A DNA stretch of 64,000 nt from Nitrospira japonica (lineage in GTDB: Bacteria; Nitrospirota; Thermodesulfovibrionia; Thermodesulfovibrionales; SM23-35): contig DYFC01000017.1 of the NCBI GenBank assembly GCA_020725385.1, forward strand, positions 1 through 64,000, in the 5' to 3' direction. The translations under genes and the position numbers were made by a program. The notes under the pieces were generated by a model, which was not told where the DNA came from, did no database searches, and was given only the letters and a program-made list of their open reading frames with translations. Positions 21,436 to 30,896 of the stretch are shown piece by piece (position 1 is the stretch's first letter; every line of letters starts with the position of its first letter).

Positions 21436-21702
21436 TTAGACTATTCCTTTTTCTATTAATACCCTTAGATAGTCTTCGCGTGACATGGGACATGATATTA
21501 AATCTTTAAAGTCTTTTTGTGAAAGCTTTAATTGTCCTCTAATTTTATTTACTACCTTTTCTGAAATTTCTCCTTTACCATGTGAATAATGAACCCTAAG
21601 AATTTTTTTTCCGTTAACTATCAGCCATCCATAATTATGACCTGTGGAACGCACTTGTAGTTTTAGTTTCCTAAAGACTTTTTCAATAGAGCTTTTCTTC
21701 AT
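21436..21702 (-). CDS. HicA-like toxin
   Basis: 88 aa, basic; STGHNY, HYSHG and IRGQLKLS..DF pattern of HicA-fold proteins; ATGA-coupled to the upstream gene. Confidence 0.6.
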   Translation of the reverse strand: MKKSSIEKVFRKLKLQVRSTGHNYGWLIVNGKKILRVHYSHGKGEISEKVVNKIRGQLKLSQKDFKDLISCPMSREDYLRVLIEKGIV

Positions 21703-22043
21703 TTAATTTCAATAAATTCTTCTAAATATGCAAGCCATTTTGCTGGCAATTTCCCTAAATTCGTTCTGTCGTTTTTCAAATCCTCATACAATGCTATAAT
21801 CTCATCGCATAAAAGATTAATCGCCTCAAACTCTGTATCAGCATATGCAAAAGCTTCAATTTCATCAAGAGAAGAAATGACTGAATTTTTATCCATCTCT
21901 ATGGTAATATAAAGGGGTTTTCTTAAAACATAATTTGGATGCTTCAAAGAGTTTATAGGCAATACTTTATAATTTTTTTCTATTTTATTAAGTATTTTTC
22001 TCGAAAGTAAATTATATTGCTTATCAGTCAATATTGTCTGCAT
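21699..22043 (-). CDS. HicB-like antitoxin
   Basis: PLYITIE...FAYADTEFEAINLL..I..LYEDL resembles the HicB partial RNase H fold. Confidence 0.55.
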   Translation of the reverse strand: MQTILTDKQYNLLSRKILNKIEKNYKVLPINSLKHPNYVLRKPLYITIEMDKNSVISSLDEIEAFAYADTEFEAINLLCDEIIALYEDLKNDRTNLGKLPAKWLAYLEEFIEIK

Positions 22044-22156
22044 AATTCAACTCCTTATATATATTTTTAAATATCTTTATTTTATCACAATAAAATATAT
22101 ATTTATCAGCAGAATAAAAATTAAAGCAATTATAAGATTGTTAAATGGCAACCGGG

Positions 22157-22306
22157 TATCAAGAAGCCAAGCAACAACCGTAAGGCGTGAAACGGGAAAA
22201 ACCGGTAATCGTGTCCGTTGTCCGTGACAGTAAGTAAAAACGTAAAATGTAAATTATGGAAATTGATTTTTCTAACATTTTACTTTTTACGATTTACTGT
22301 TTACGG
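22157..22306 (+). repeat. Composite microsatellite repeat R4
   Basis: Starts like the end of R2 (TATCAAGAAGCCAAGCAAC), continues like R1 (GGGAAAAACCGG.AATCGTGTCCG), ends with the inverted tail of R2. Confidence 0.9.
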
Positions 22307-22345
22307 AATAGAGAGAAAAGCAAAGAATTTGATTCATTTTTCTTG

Positions 22346-23380
22346 TTAAGCTTCTATAAACTTTTTATAAAAATCTAAGAGATTAGGTGGCACTTGATGA
22401 ATAAAAGGATTAATTTCCTCAGCTTTTGCGTAATGAAATAAAGCTTTTGATGTATTACCGAGTATATCGTGGATTGAGCTTATAAAATTGTGCAAAAAAG
22501 CAAACCCCGGGTATTTTTTAAGAAGATTTTCTGCTTCATTGATTGCTTCGCTATATTTTTTATTCTTCGCAAAAGAAAACATTTTCCTTTGAGAATCTTG
22601 TAAATCATTTGCAGTTTTACACTTAATACAAAGATATTCTTCTGCATAAGTAGATTTGTAGTATAATGGTCTGAAGCCTTTGAAAAATCCATAAACATTA
22701 TTGACAATTTTTTCATAGTTGTTGTTCTTTTCAAATTGCTCATTTTTCCAAGTAGTATATTGGGGATTATCACTAAAATTCATGTGTAATGCTGTTTGTT
22801 TATCATTCAGATAAATGTTCAATAATCCTACAAGTTGAATTCTTATTCCATAATCAAGATCTTCTTGCCCATATACTCCATAATCTTCACACCAATAACC
22901 AAGTAGTTTTTCGGTTCTCTTTGGAATTAAAATACAAGCTCCTCCTAAATTGCCATGTTTGATTATTACATGATGTCCGTTAATTTCTTGAGGAGGATAT
23001 TCTTTGTTTTCGAAATTATAGGCAACAGCTCCGGCTACAGGTATATCTTCAATTGTTTTAACCATTGGAGCAAGCCATGGAGATTTTTGAATCATAACAT
23101 CGTTATCTAATTTTAAATAATATTCAGCATCTGGCTCACATAGCCATCCAATATTTGATGCCTTTGCAACTCCTAAATTGCTATCAAGACAAAAAAGATT
23201 TTTTATCAATTCTCTCGACTTCAAATTGTTCAAATATTTTCTTGTACCGTCAGTGCTATTGTTATCCACAACAGTAATTACATGAGGGTAATCAGCATAT
23301 GCAAATATAGATTCAATGCATTTTTTAGTGTATTCAAGTCTATTGAAGGTAACAATACAAATATTTATAAAATTGTTCAT
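22346..23380 (-). CDS. GT2 family glycosyltransferase with C-terminal TPR
   Basis: ICIVTFNRL, VVDNNSTDGT, KLDND, GQEDLDY. Confidence 0.88.
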   Translation of the reverse strand: MNNFINICIVTFNRLEYTKKCIESIFAYADYPHVITVVDNNSTDGTRKYLNNLKSRELIKNLFCLDSNLGVAKASNIGWLCEPDAEYYLKLDNDVMIQKSPWLAPMVKTIEDIPVAGAVAYNFENKEYPPQEINGHHVIIKHGNLGGACILIPKRTEKLLGYWCEDYGVYGQEDLDYGIRIQLVGLLNIYLNDKQTALHMNFSDNPQYTTWKNEQFEKNNNYEKIVNNVYGFFKGFRPLYYKSTYAEEYLCIKCKTANDLQDSQRKMFSFAKNKKYSEAINEAENLLKKYPGFAFLHNFISSIHDILGNTSKALFHYAKAEEINPFIHQVPPNLLDFYKKFIEA

Positions 23381-23533
23381 ATATATTGATATAATTTAAC
23401 ATAAAAATGTATTTTAAAAAGCAAAAAACTAAATTGCCAATAATTTATGAAGATTAAAGAGCATATAGTGGATAGCGAAGTTTTAAAACATACCATTCAA
23501 CCATATTTTTAAAGTCTAAAAGGAAAAAAGACT

Positions 23534-23725
23534 TTATTTTTGGTTCTTCTCAAATCGATTCTTTCTGAGTCGTTTTTTAAAACTTTCATTAATAATGTTT
23601 CTTAATGGCGCTATATCTGAATAATATATAAATGTATCTTTCTTAAACTGAATAAATTTTTCCTTATCCCTGCAGAAAATCAATTGTCTCTTTGATACTA
23701 TCTCAAATGCAATGACAGGTTTCTT
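23534..23725 (-). pseudogene. C-terminal half of an MntA-like minimal nucleotidyltransferase antitoxin
   Basis: KKPVIAFEIVSKRQLIFCRDKEKFIQFKKDTFIYYSD...; no start codon, in-frame stop upstream. Confidence 0.55.
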
Positions 23726-23769
23726 TGTTAGAGTTCACTGAAAGTTGATTCCTGATTATTGTCTTTTTC

Positions 23770-24425
23770 CATTATGCCCGAAGCCTGCCCTCGAAATACT
23801 TTGCCGGAGTTTTCAATCGGGCATCCAATTTCTTTATATTATGGATTCCCCCTTAATGACTGCAGTGATGACGACATTAACGTATGTTTTTTTATACAAT
23901 GTTTTTAGGTACTATTATAAGAAGATTAATAAAAAAGAGTGAAATGCTGACCCCTTTTTATTTCAGATTATTACATGTTATATTTATTACACATTATTTA
24001 TTACACACTATTTATACGGTTTACCCAGTTTATATGGTTTGCACGGTTTAATCCAGATAACATAGGAATTGTATTTGCAGGATACAAGATGCAAAAATAA
24101 AAGACAAAAAAGACAGGATATAAAATTCCCATTAGAAAAGGGGAATGAGGGTGGTTATAATTATATGTTGTCATTCTCTGGCTCTCTGGTTCCACCAAAC
24201 AAATGTCAGACAAGCCAGAGTATAAACTTGACCAGATAATTCCAGTGTCATACCATGATTTGATCGTGGTGTTCAGAGGAAGTATAGGAAATGGATTCCC
24301 CGATTAAATCCGGGAATGACTCTTTTTTCTGTCATTCTCGGGCTTGACCCGAGAATCCAGAAGATTGAAATAATGATTCCCTGAGCCTGCAAAAAAAACG
24401 ACGGGTGGGAAAGTTAGGGAGTGAC
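23770..24425. repeat. Cluster of degenerate GTCAT...ATGAC palindromic repeats and 7/9-mer tandem arrays
   Basis: Best copies: TGGATTCCCCGATTAAATCCGGGAATGAC (24292-24320) and GTCATTCTCGGGCTTGACCCGAGAATCCAG (24331-24360); five 9-mers at 24011-24055. Confidence 0.75.
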
Positions 24426-24502
24426 AATATAAATTATAAAAGGAAAATGTAAAAGTTAGATGATAAAGTTAATTTTAATAATAACTTGTGAGGAATGATT
24501 CT

Positions 24503-25747
24503 ATGTTGATAGTTCAAAAATACGGAGGAACATCTGTTGGCAGCATTGAAAGAATAAAAGCTGTAGCTGATCGTGTATCGAATACAAAAAAACAAGGAAA
24601 TGATGTTGTTGTAATCGTTTCGGCAATGTCAGGTGAAACCGATAAATTAATCGGTCTTGCAAATCAAATCTCGGCAGAACCGGATGGACGGGAGATGGAT
24701 CTTTTACTTTCTTCAGGAGAACGCATCAGCGCAGCGCTTACTGCCATTGCAATTTCAGAACTTGGATTTAAATCAATGTCTTTTACCGGAAGACAGACAG
24801 GTATTATTACAGATGAAGCACATACAAAAGCCAAAATTGAATATATCTCTGGAGAAAGAATTAAAAAGGCTATAAAAAAAGGAATTATTCCGGTAATTGC
24901 AGGATTTCAGGGTGTTACAGAAACATCCGATGTAACAACATTAGGCCGTGGTGGCTCAGATCTTTCCGCTGTTGCGGTTGCTGCTGCGTTAAAGGCAGAC
25001 TTGTGCGAGATTTACACGGATGTTGATGGTGTATATACAACCGATCCGAATATTGTGCCTGATGCAAGGAAATTAGATAAAATATCTTATGATGAGATGC
25101 TTGAATTAGCAAGTCTTGGAGCAAAAGTTCTTCAGACGAGGTCTGTTGAATTTGCCAAGAAATATAATGTTCCTGTTGTTGTAAGATCAAGTTTCAACAA
25201 TAATCCCGGTACACTTGTTGTTAAGGAGGATAAGGATATGGAAAAAGTTGTTGTTTCAGGTGTAGCCTACGATAAAAATCAGGCAAAAATTACAGCTATT
25301 GCTGTGCACGATAAACCAGGTGTCGCTGCAATGTTGTTTAAGGCTATTGCAGATGCAAATATAGTTGTCGATATGATAGTGCAAAATATAAGCAGTGATG
25401 GCAAATCTACCGATATTTCTTTTACAGTGCCTAAAACTGACAGCAGAAAGGCTTTAAAGATTACCGAAGAAATCGTATCTGAAATAGGTGCAAAGGAAGT
25501 TAAATTGAGGGAAGACATCGCAAAAATTTCAATTGTCGGTGTAGGTATGAGAACACATTCAGGAGTTGCAGCTACAATGTTTGATACACTCGCAAAGCAT
25601 AATATAAACATAATGATGATTAGCACATCGGAAATAAAAATTTCCTGTATTATTGATGTGAAATATACAGAGCTTGCGGTGAGGGTATTACATGAAGCTT
25701 TCGGGCTAAGCAAGAATGTAAAAACAAAATCAAAAAAGAAGCTTTAA
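24503..25747 (+). CDS. lysC: Aspartate kinase
   Basis: [22 protein letters not shown], two ACT domains; start at ATG 24503. Confidence 0.97.
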   Translation: MLIVQKYGGTSVGSIERIKAVADRVSNTKKQGNDVVVIVSAMSGETDKLIGLANQISAEPDGREMDLLLSSGERISAALTAIAISELGFKSMSFTGRQTGIITDEAHTKAKIEYISGERIKKAIKKGIIPVIAGFQGVTETSDVTTLGRGGSDLSAVAVAAALKADLCEIYTDVDGVYTTDPNIVPDARKLDKISYDEMLELASLGAKVLQTRSVEFAKKYNVPVVVRSSFNNNPGTLVVKEDKDMEKVVVSGVAYDKNQAKITAIAVHDKPGVAAMLFKAIADANIVVDMIVQNISSDGKSTDISFTVPKTDSRKALKITEEIVSEIGAKEVKLREDIAKISIVGVGMRTHSGVAATMFDTLAKHNINIMMISTSEIKISCIIDVKYTELAVRVLHEAFGLSKNVKTKSKKKL

Positions 25748-25748
25748 A

Positions 25749-27314
25749 GTGAGAACAATAGAAATATACGATACAACTTTAAGGGATGGTGCACAAACAG
25801 AAGGAATTGCTTTTTCTGTAGATGACAAACTTCGCATTACAGAAAAATTGGATGAACTTGGAGTTCATTATGTAGAAGGTGGATGGCCAGGTGCCAATCC
25901 GAAAGACATTGAATATTTCAGGAAAGCAAAAAAACTAAAACTCAAGACAGTCAGGGTAACAGCATTTGGAAGCACACACAGACCTAAACATAAACCCTCT
26001 GATGACTCGATATTCAAATCCCTTATAGAGGCAGGTGTCCAGACTATAACAATATTTGGCAAGACATGGGATTTTCATGTTAGAGAAGCTCTAAAAATTA
26101 GTCTCGAAGAAAACCTTGAGATAATTTATAACTCGGTTGCTTTTCTGAAAAAATATGCGGAAAAAGTATTCTTTGATGCCGAACATTTTTTTGATGGTTA
26201 TAAAGATAACCCTGAATATGCACTCAAATGTCTTAAATCTGCACAGGAAGCAGGCGCTGATTGCATAATTCCATGTGATACAAATGGCGGTACATTGCCT
26301 TCTGATGTAAAAAGAATTTTCCTTGAGCTAAATCCCCATATAAATGTTCCTTTAGGAATACATGCTCATAATGATTCTGAATGCGCAGTCGCAAATTCAA
26401 TTGTAGCGGTTGAACAGGGAGCATCACAGGTGCAGGGCACAATAAATGGTCTCGGTGAAAGATGCGGCAATGCAAATTTATGTTCTGTAATCCCGAATTT
26501 GCAGTTAAAGGCAGGCTTTAGTTGTATTTCATCCGAACAATTAAAAAAGCTAAGAGAAGTTGCACGTTTTGTTAATGAAATTGCAAATATCAGACATTTT
26601 GCGAGACAGCCTTTTGTAGGTGACAGCGCTTTTGCGCATAAAGCAGGAATACATGTAAGTGCAATTAGAAAACGTCCGGAGACTTATGAACACATTAATC
26701 CTGAACTTGTAGGAAATCTACAAAGAGTAATAATATCAGACCTGGCAGGTAAAAGTAATGTTCTCAAAAAAGCAGAGGAATTTGGCATCAGCCTTTCACC
26801 CGATTCACCTCAATTACAGGATATTGTCGCAACACTCAAGAATCTTGAGAATGAAGGGTTTCAATTTGAAGCTGCGGAAGCATCGTTTGAACTTCTTATG
26901 AAAAAAGCGCTGGGACTTCATAAAAGATTTTTCGACCTTATAGGATTCAGGGTTATTATTGAAAAAAGAAAAGAGAACGAAGAGGCGATTAGTGAAGCAA
27001 CAATTATGGTAAAAGTAGGCGGAAGAATCGAACATACTGCTGCTGATGGTAAAGGGCCTGTGAATGCGATTGACAATGCTTTAAGAAAGGCTCTCGATAA
27101 ATTTTATCCAGCACTTAAAAATGTTAAATTACATGACTATAAAGTACGCGTAATTACAGCAGGGAAGGGCACATCTGCAAAGGTCAGGGTATTAATTGAA
27201 TCCGGAGATGAAGAAGAACGCTGGAGCACAATAGGTGTTTCAGAAAACATAATAGAAGCATCATATCAGGCTCTTGTTGACAGTATAGAATATAAATTAC
27301 TAAAAGAACAATAA
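25749..27314 (+). CDS. cimA: Citramalate synthase
   Basis: YDTTLRDGAQ, EGGWPGANPKD, FDAEHFFDG, HAHND; follows lysC. Confidence 0.9.
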   Translation: MRTIEIYDTTLRDGAQTEGIAFSVDDKLRITEKLDELGVHYVEGGWPGANPKDIEYFRKAKKLKLKTVRVTAFGSTHRPKHKPSDDSIFKSLIEAGVQTITIFGKTWDFHVREALKISLEENLEIIYNSVAFLKKYAEKVFFDAEHFFDGYKDNPEYALKCLKSAQEAGADCIIPCDTNGGTLPSDVKRIFLELNPHINVPLGIHAHNDSECAVANSIVAVEQGASQVQGTINGLGERCGNANLCSVIPNLQLKAGFSCISSEQLKKLREVARFVNEIANIRHFARQPFVGDSAFAHKAGIHVSAIRKRPETYEHINPELVGNLQRVIISDLAGKSNVLKKAEEFGISLSPDSPQLQDIVATLKNLENEGFQFEAAEASFELLMKKALGLHKRFFDLIGFRVIIEKRKENEEAISEATIMVKVGGRIEHTAADGKGPVNAIDNALRKALDKFYPALKNVKLHDYKVRVITAGKGTSAKVRVLIESGDEEERWSTIGVSENIIEASYQALVDSIEYKLLKEQ

Positions 27315-28097
27315 CTATGGATAGTTTAATTGTAATCTTTGAATCGCAGTTGCTTTTCCTGTTTCTTCATTAATTTCTAAGATTACTGCTGATAATGTAC
27401 AATTTCCCTTGGCAACTTCAAATCGCATCGGCATATTAGTAAGAAATCTCTGTATGATTTGATCTATTTCTATACCAATTATAGAATGTACCGGACCTGT
27501 CATTCCAACATCAGTAATGTAAGCAGTTCCACCCGGAAGTATTTTTTCATCTGCGGTTTGAACATGAGTATGTGTTCCGATGACGGCGCTTACATTACCA
27601 TCAACATAATAACCAAATGCGATTTTTTCAGAAGTGGCTTCAGCATGAAAATCTACTATGATAATATTAGTTTGCTCTTTTAGCTTTTCTATTTCTTCCA
27701 GGCCTTTTCTAAAAGGACAGTCTGTGTTTGACATGAACACTCTTCCAGAAAGGTTAAGTACAGCAATTTTTTTACCATTACTTGTCTGTATAACGACACT
27801 TCCATAACCCGGAACACCCGGTGGATAGTTTAACGGCCTGATTATTCTGTCAATTTTTGATATTTGTGGTATAAATTCCTTTTTATCCCAGACGTGATTG
27901 CCAGTTGTAATAACATGAATTCCTATATTGAATAAATCATTTGCAATTTTTTCGGTTATCCCGAATCCACCGGCAGCATTTTCGCCATTTGCAATAACGA
28001 AATCTAATTTAAATTTATTTATAATCGAAGGCAGTAATGCTTTGACAGCATTCCTGCCTCCTTTTCCAACTATGTCTCCAATAAAAATTATTCTCAT
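27315..28097 (-). CDS. ymdB: YmdB family metallophosphoesterase
   Basis: FIGDIVG, NGENAAGG, GNHVWD, DFHAEATSEK, GTHTHVQTAD; follows rny. Confidence 0.93.
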   Translation of the reverse strand: MRIIFIGDIVGKGGRNAVKALLPSIINKFKLDFVIANGENAAGGFGITEKIANDLFNIGIHVITTGNHVWDKKEFIPQISKIDRIIRPLNYPPGVPGYGSVVIQTSNGKKIAVLNLSGRVFMSNTDCPFRKGLEEIEKLKEQTNIIIVDFHAEATSEKIAFGYYVDGNVSAVIGTHTHVQTADEKILPGGTAYITDVGMTGPVHSIIGIEIDQIIQRFLTNMPMRFEVAKGNCTLSAVILEINEETGKATAIQRLQLNYP

Positions 28098-29666
28098 TTA
28101 TTTTGCATATTCGACATAACGGGATTCTCTTATGACAGTGACTTTAATTTGCCCCGGATATGTCAATTCCGATTCTATTTTTCTTGCGAGTTCTCTTGAG
28201 ATCATGGCTGATATTTCATCGGTTACATCTTCAGGCTTCACTATAATCCTTATTTCTCTACCAGCCTGAATTGCATAACATTTATCAACACCTTTGTATG
28301 AGAGAGCCATTTGTTCAAGTTTTTCAAGACGTTTGAGGTAATTTTCTATACTTTCTTTCCTAACACCCGGACGGGCAGCAGAAAGCGCATCAGCAGCAGC
28401 AATTAATGCTGCTTCAACAGTTAGAGGTTCACCTTCACCATGATGTACAAGTATAGCATTTATTACCTTTGGATTTTCACCATATTTTTTTGCCAGGTTC
28501 ATTCCTATCTCCTGATGTGAACCTTCGATTTCATGATCAACTGCCTTTCCAATATCATGTAATATCCCGGCTCTCTTAGCGAGTTTAACATCAACCTTTA
28601 ATTCACCTGCCATCATTCCCGCAAGATACGCTACTTCTCTTGAATGCTGGAGCACATTCTGTCCGTAAGATGTCCTGTATTTTAATCTACCAATTAATTT
28701 TACAAGTTCAGGATGAATGCCTGAAAGTCCAAAATCAAAAACAGCTTTTTCTCCTTCTTCCCTAATATGAGCTTCAACTTCTTTTTTGACTTTCTCGACT
28801 ATTTCTTCAATTCGGGTGGGATGGATTCTGCCATCTGTAATCAATCTTTCAAGAGAAATACGTGCTATTTCACGTCTGACAGGGTCAAAAGCTGAAAGGG
28901 TAACAGTCTCGGGTGTATCATCTACAATTAAATCAACTCCTGTTGCAGCCTCAAGTGCCCTAATATTTCTACCTTCTCTGCCGATAATCCTTCCTTTCAT
29001 TTCGTCGTTAGGAAGGCTTACGGATGTTACGGTTGAATCACTAACATAATCACTTGCATATCTCTGAATTGAGAACCCTATAATTTCTTTTGCTTTCTTT
29101 TCAGCGTTTTCCCTTGCTTCATCTTCGATTTTCTTAGCAAGTTTGGCAGCTTCAAATTTAGATTCTTCTTCGACTTTTTTCAAAAGTTCTTGTTTTGCTT
29201 CTTCAGAACTCAGCCCGGAAAGCTTTTCGAGAAGTTCGGTTTGATCCTTGAGTAATTTATTAATAGTGTTTTCTTTTTCCTGAATACTGCGTTCTCTTGA
29301 AGTAAACTCTCTTTCCCGCTTTGAGAGTTCTTGCTCTCTTTTTTCAATTTGTTCATATTTTTTATCAAGTACTTCTTCTTTTTGCCTGAGCCTCTTATCA
29401 AGATGATTTAGCTCGGAACGTCTTTCTCTTATTTCTTTTTCAGCTTCTGCTTTTGACTGATAGACAATGTCTTTTGCTTCAACATGTGCTTCTTTTCTAA
29501 TACTTTCTGCTTCTTTTTGGGCTTCCTCGATTAATTTTGCCCTCTGCTTTTCAATTTCAATCTTTTCGTTTTTTATTTTTGAATGTAAAACGAAAAACAA
29601 CACAAGTCCTGATATAAGACCAGCAACAACACCGATAATAATAAACATGATATTTGAACCAAGCAT
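28098..29666 (-). CDS. rny: Ribonuclease Y
   Basis: N-terminal TM, coiled coil, KH ([12 protein letters not shown]) and HD (LHDIGK) domains. Confidence 0.98.
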   Translation of the reverse strand: MLGSNIMFIIIGVVAGLISGLVLFFVLHSKIKNEKIEIEKQRAKLIEEAQKEAESIRKEAHVEAKDIVYQSKAEAEKEIRERRSELNHLDKRLRQKEEVLDKKYEQIEKREQELSKREREFTSRERSIQEKENTINKLLKDQTELLEKLSGLSSEEAKQELLKKVEEESKFEAAKLAKKIEDEARENAEKKAKEIIGFSIQRYASDYVSDSTVTSVSLPNDEMKGRIIGREGRNIRALEAATGVDLIVDDTPETVTLSAFDPVRREIARISLERLITDGRIHPTRIEEIVEKVKKEVEAHIREEGEKAVFDFGLSGIHPELVKLIGRLKYRTSYGQNVLQHSREVAYLAGMMAGELKVDVKLAKRAGILHDIGKAVDHEIEGSHQEIGMNLAKKYGENPKVINAILVHHGEGEPLTVEAALIAAADALSAARPGVRKESIENYLKRLEKLEQMALSYKGVDKCYAIQAGREIRIIVKPEDVTDEISAMISRELARKIESELTYPGQIKVTVIRESRYVEYAK

Positions 29667-29902
29667 CTATAGTTAAACCCCCTTCCTCAGAATTTCCCCA
29701 TAAGATGAGGGATTGGATTTTGAGGCATTATACTCCATTTCATATTTTTGATTAAGGGGCCGGGGTATGACTTTACAGAATCATAGAGGAGGTGAGAAAG
29801 ACGGTGTTTTAAGTAAAAATTCCCATTTTTTCTCTATGTTATAAAGTAATTCTTTATTTCTCCTCGATAAATTTGTCATAACAACCAGCCTGTTAAATAT
29901 TC

Positions 29903-30078
29903 CCACCCTGCCGTGTAAAGCGAAATTAGATCCCATTTTTGTTATAAGTGGGTGCCCTGAAAGGACCCGTAGGCTTCCCAGTATTAAACAGGGCATGCAC
30001 AAAAGGCCTTTACACAGGCTCCCTAAAGATCTAATTTGCCGGATCAACATGTTCGCCTTATCACTAACAGGGCAGGTA
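29903..30078 (-). ncRNA. ssrS: 6S RNA
   Basis: About 175-nt rod: CCTGCC.TGT pairs with ACACGGCAGG, AATTAGATC pairs with GATCTAATT, central bubble, GGGAGCC...CACCCAC; directly upstream of rny. Confidence 0.8.
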
Positions 30079-30183
30079 ATTTATTACCCTGAAATATATT
30101 CCTCCTGAATTAATTAATTTTATTCTTAGATTTAGAATATACTATAAAAGGGTTTTAAGGCAAGAAGAAAATTTTAAAATTAA

Positions 30184-30828
30184 CTAGTTTTTCAAAGACG
30201 TTTTGGGGATGATATAAGTGCAGGAAGGATGCCCGTCTATAATGCATTCATGGCGTGTTAAGTCTTTGCTTATAAGTTCTTTAAACATCTGAAGATCATG
30301 TTTACAGACTTCTTTATATACCAAGGCAAGTTTATAAATGGGACAATTGTATAGTTTTAAGGTATAATGATTATTTGAACCATTCAATTCGGCAAAATAT
30401 CCTTCATTTTCAAGGATATCCCGCATTGCCAATACTCTTTCCTGAATAGTCTTCTTGTCACCGATAAGCTCTTTGACTTCTCTAATTATCCTATTTTTTC
30501 TCCATCTGAATATCTCGTCAATTTTTTCTCTTCCTTCATTTTTCTCAATATCCTGAAAAAGGTTAAGAATAAGTTTGTCGTATTCTTTTGGGAAAAGATC
30601 ATTAGCTTTCTCTGAAAGTTTGTAAAGGAAAGCGGGTCTTCCGATTCCTTGTCTTTTAGTTATATATTCAATCAATCCCCGTCTTTCCAGTGAAAGAAGA
30701 TGTTGTCTGATGCCCATCGAAGTGATGTTTAGTTCTTTGCTAAGTTCTTCAATTGCAAGAGGACCTCTTTTTTTGAGAAGAAGAATTATTTTTTCACGTG
30801 TTGGATTTTCATTTAATACTGCCCACAT
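30184..30828 (-). CDS. Winged-HTH transcriptional regulator with Cys-rich C-terminus (SufR-like)
   Basis: TREKIILLLK..IRQHL..LE..GRP; NCP..C..C..G..C. Confidence 0.75.
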   Translation of the reverse strand: MWAVLNENPTREKIILLLKKRGPLAIEELSKELNITSMGIRQHLLSLERRGLIEYITKRQGIGRPAFLYKLSEKANDLFPKEYDKLILNLFQDIEKNEGREKIDEIFRWRKNRIIREVKELIGDKKTIQERVLAMRDILENEGYFAELNGSNNHYTLKLYNCPIYKLALVYKEVCKHDLQMFKELISKDLTRHECIIDGHPSCTYIIPKTSLKN

Positions 30829-30896
30829 GTTTTTTTATACCATAAAATATAAAGTTTTGTAAATAATTTAAATAAAAACTTTTCTATTATTTTTGC

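Noticed and set aside
19028-22306. CRISPR array
   Set aside because: Repeats are 150-430 bp microsatellite mosaics separated by genes; there is no constant repeat/spacer period and no cas genes.
19028-22306. Classical integron or CALIN
   Set aside because: No intI and no recognisable attC with RYYYAAC...GTTRRRY ends; an IntegronFinder run would be needed to exclude it fully.
19028-22306. Diversity-generating retroelement TR/VR pair
   Set aside because: No reverse transcriptase in the window, the repeats are non-coding, and mismatches are not adenine-specific.
23745-24213. ORFs 23745-23942 (+) and 24001-24213 (-), also 19260-19451 (+)
   Set aside because: Composed of palindromic and tandem repeats; no RBS or family motifs.
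24200-24500. Lysine riboswitch upstream of lysC
   Set aside because: Conserved L-box core not found; the hairpins are explained by the GTCAT/ATGAC repeat family.
29781-30050. 89-aa ORF
   Set aside because: Overlaps the 6S RNA structure and has no recognisable protein features.
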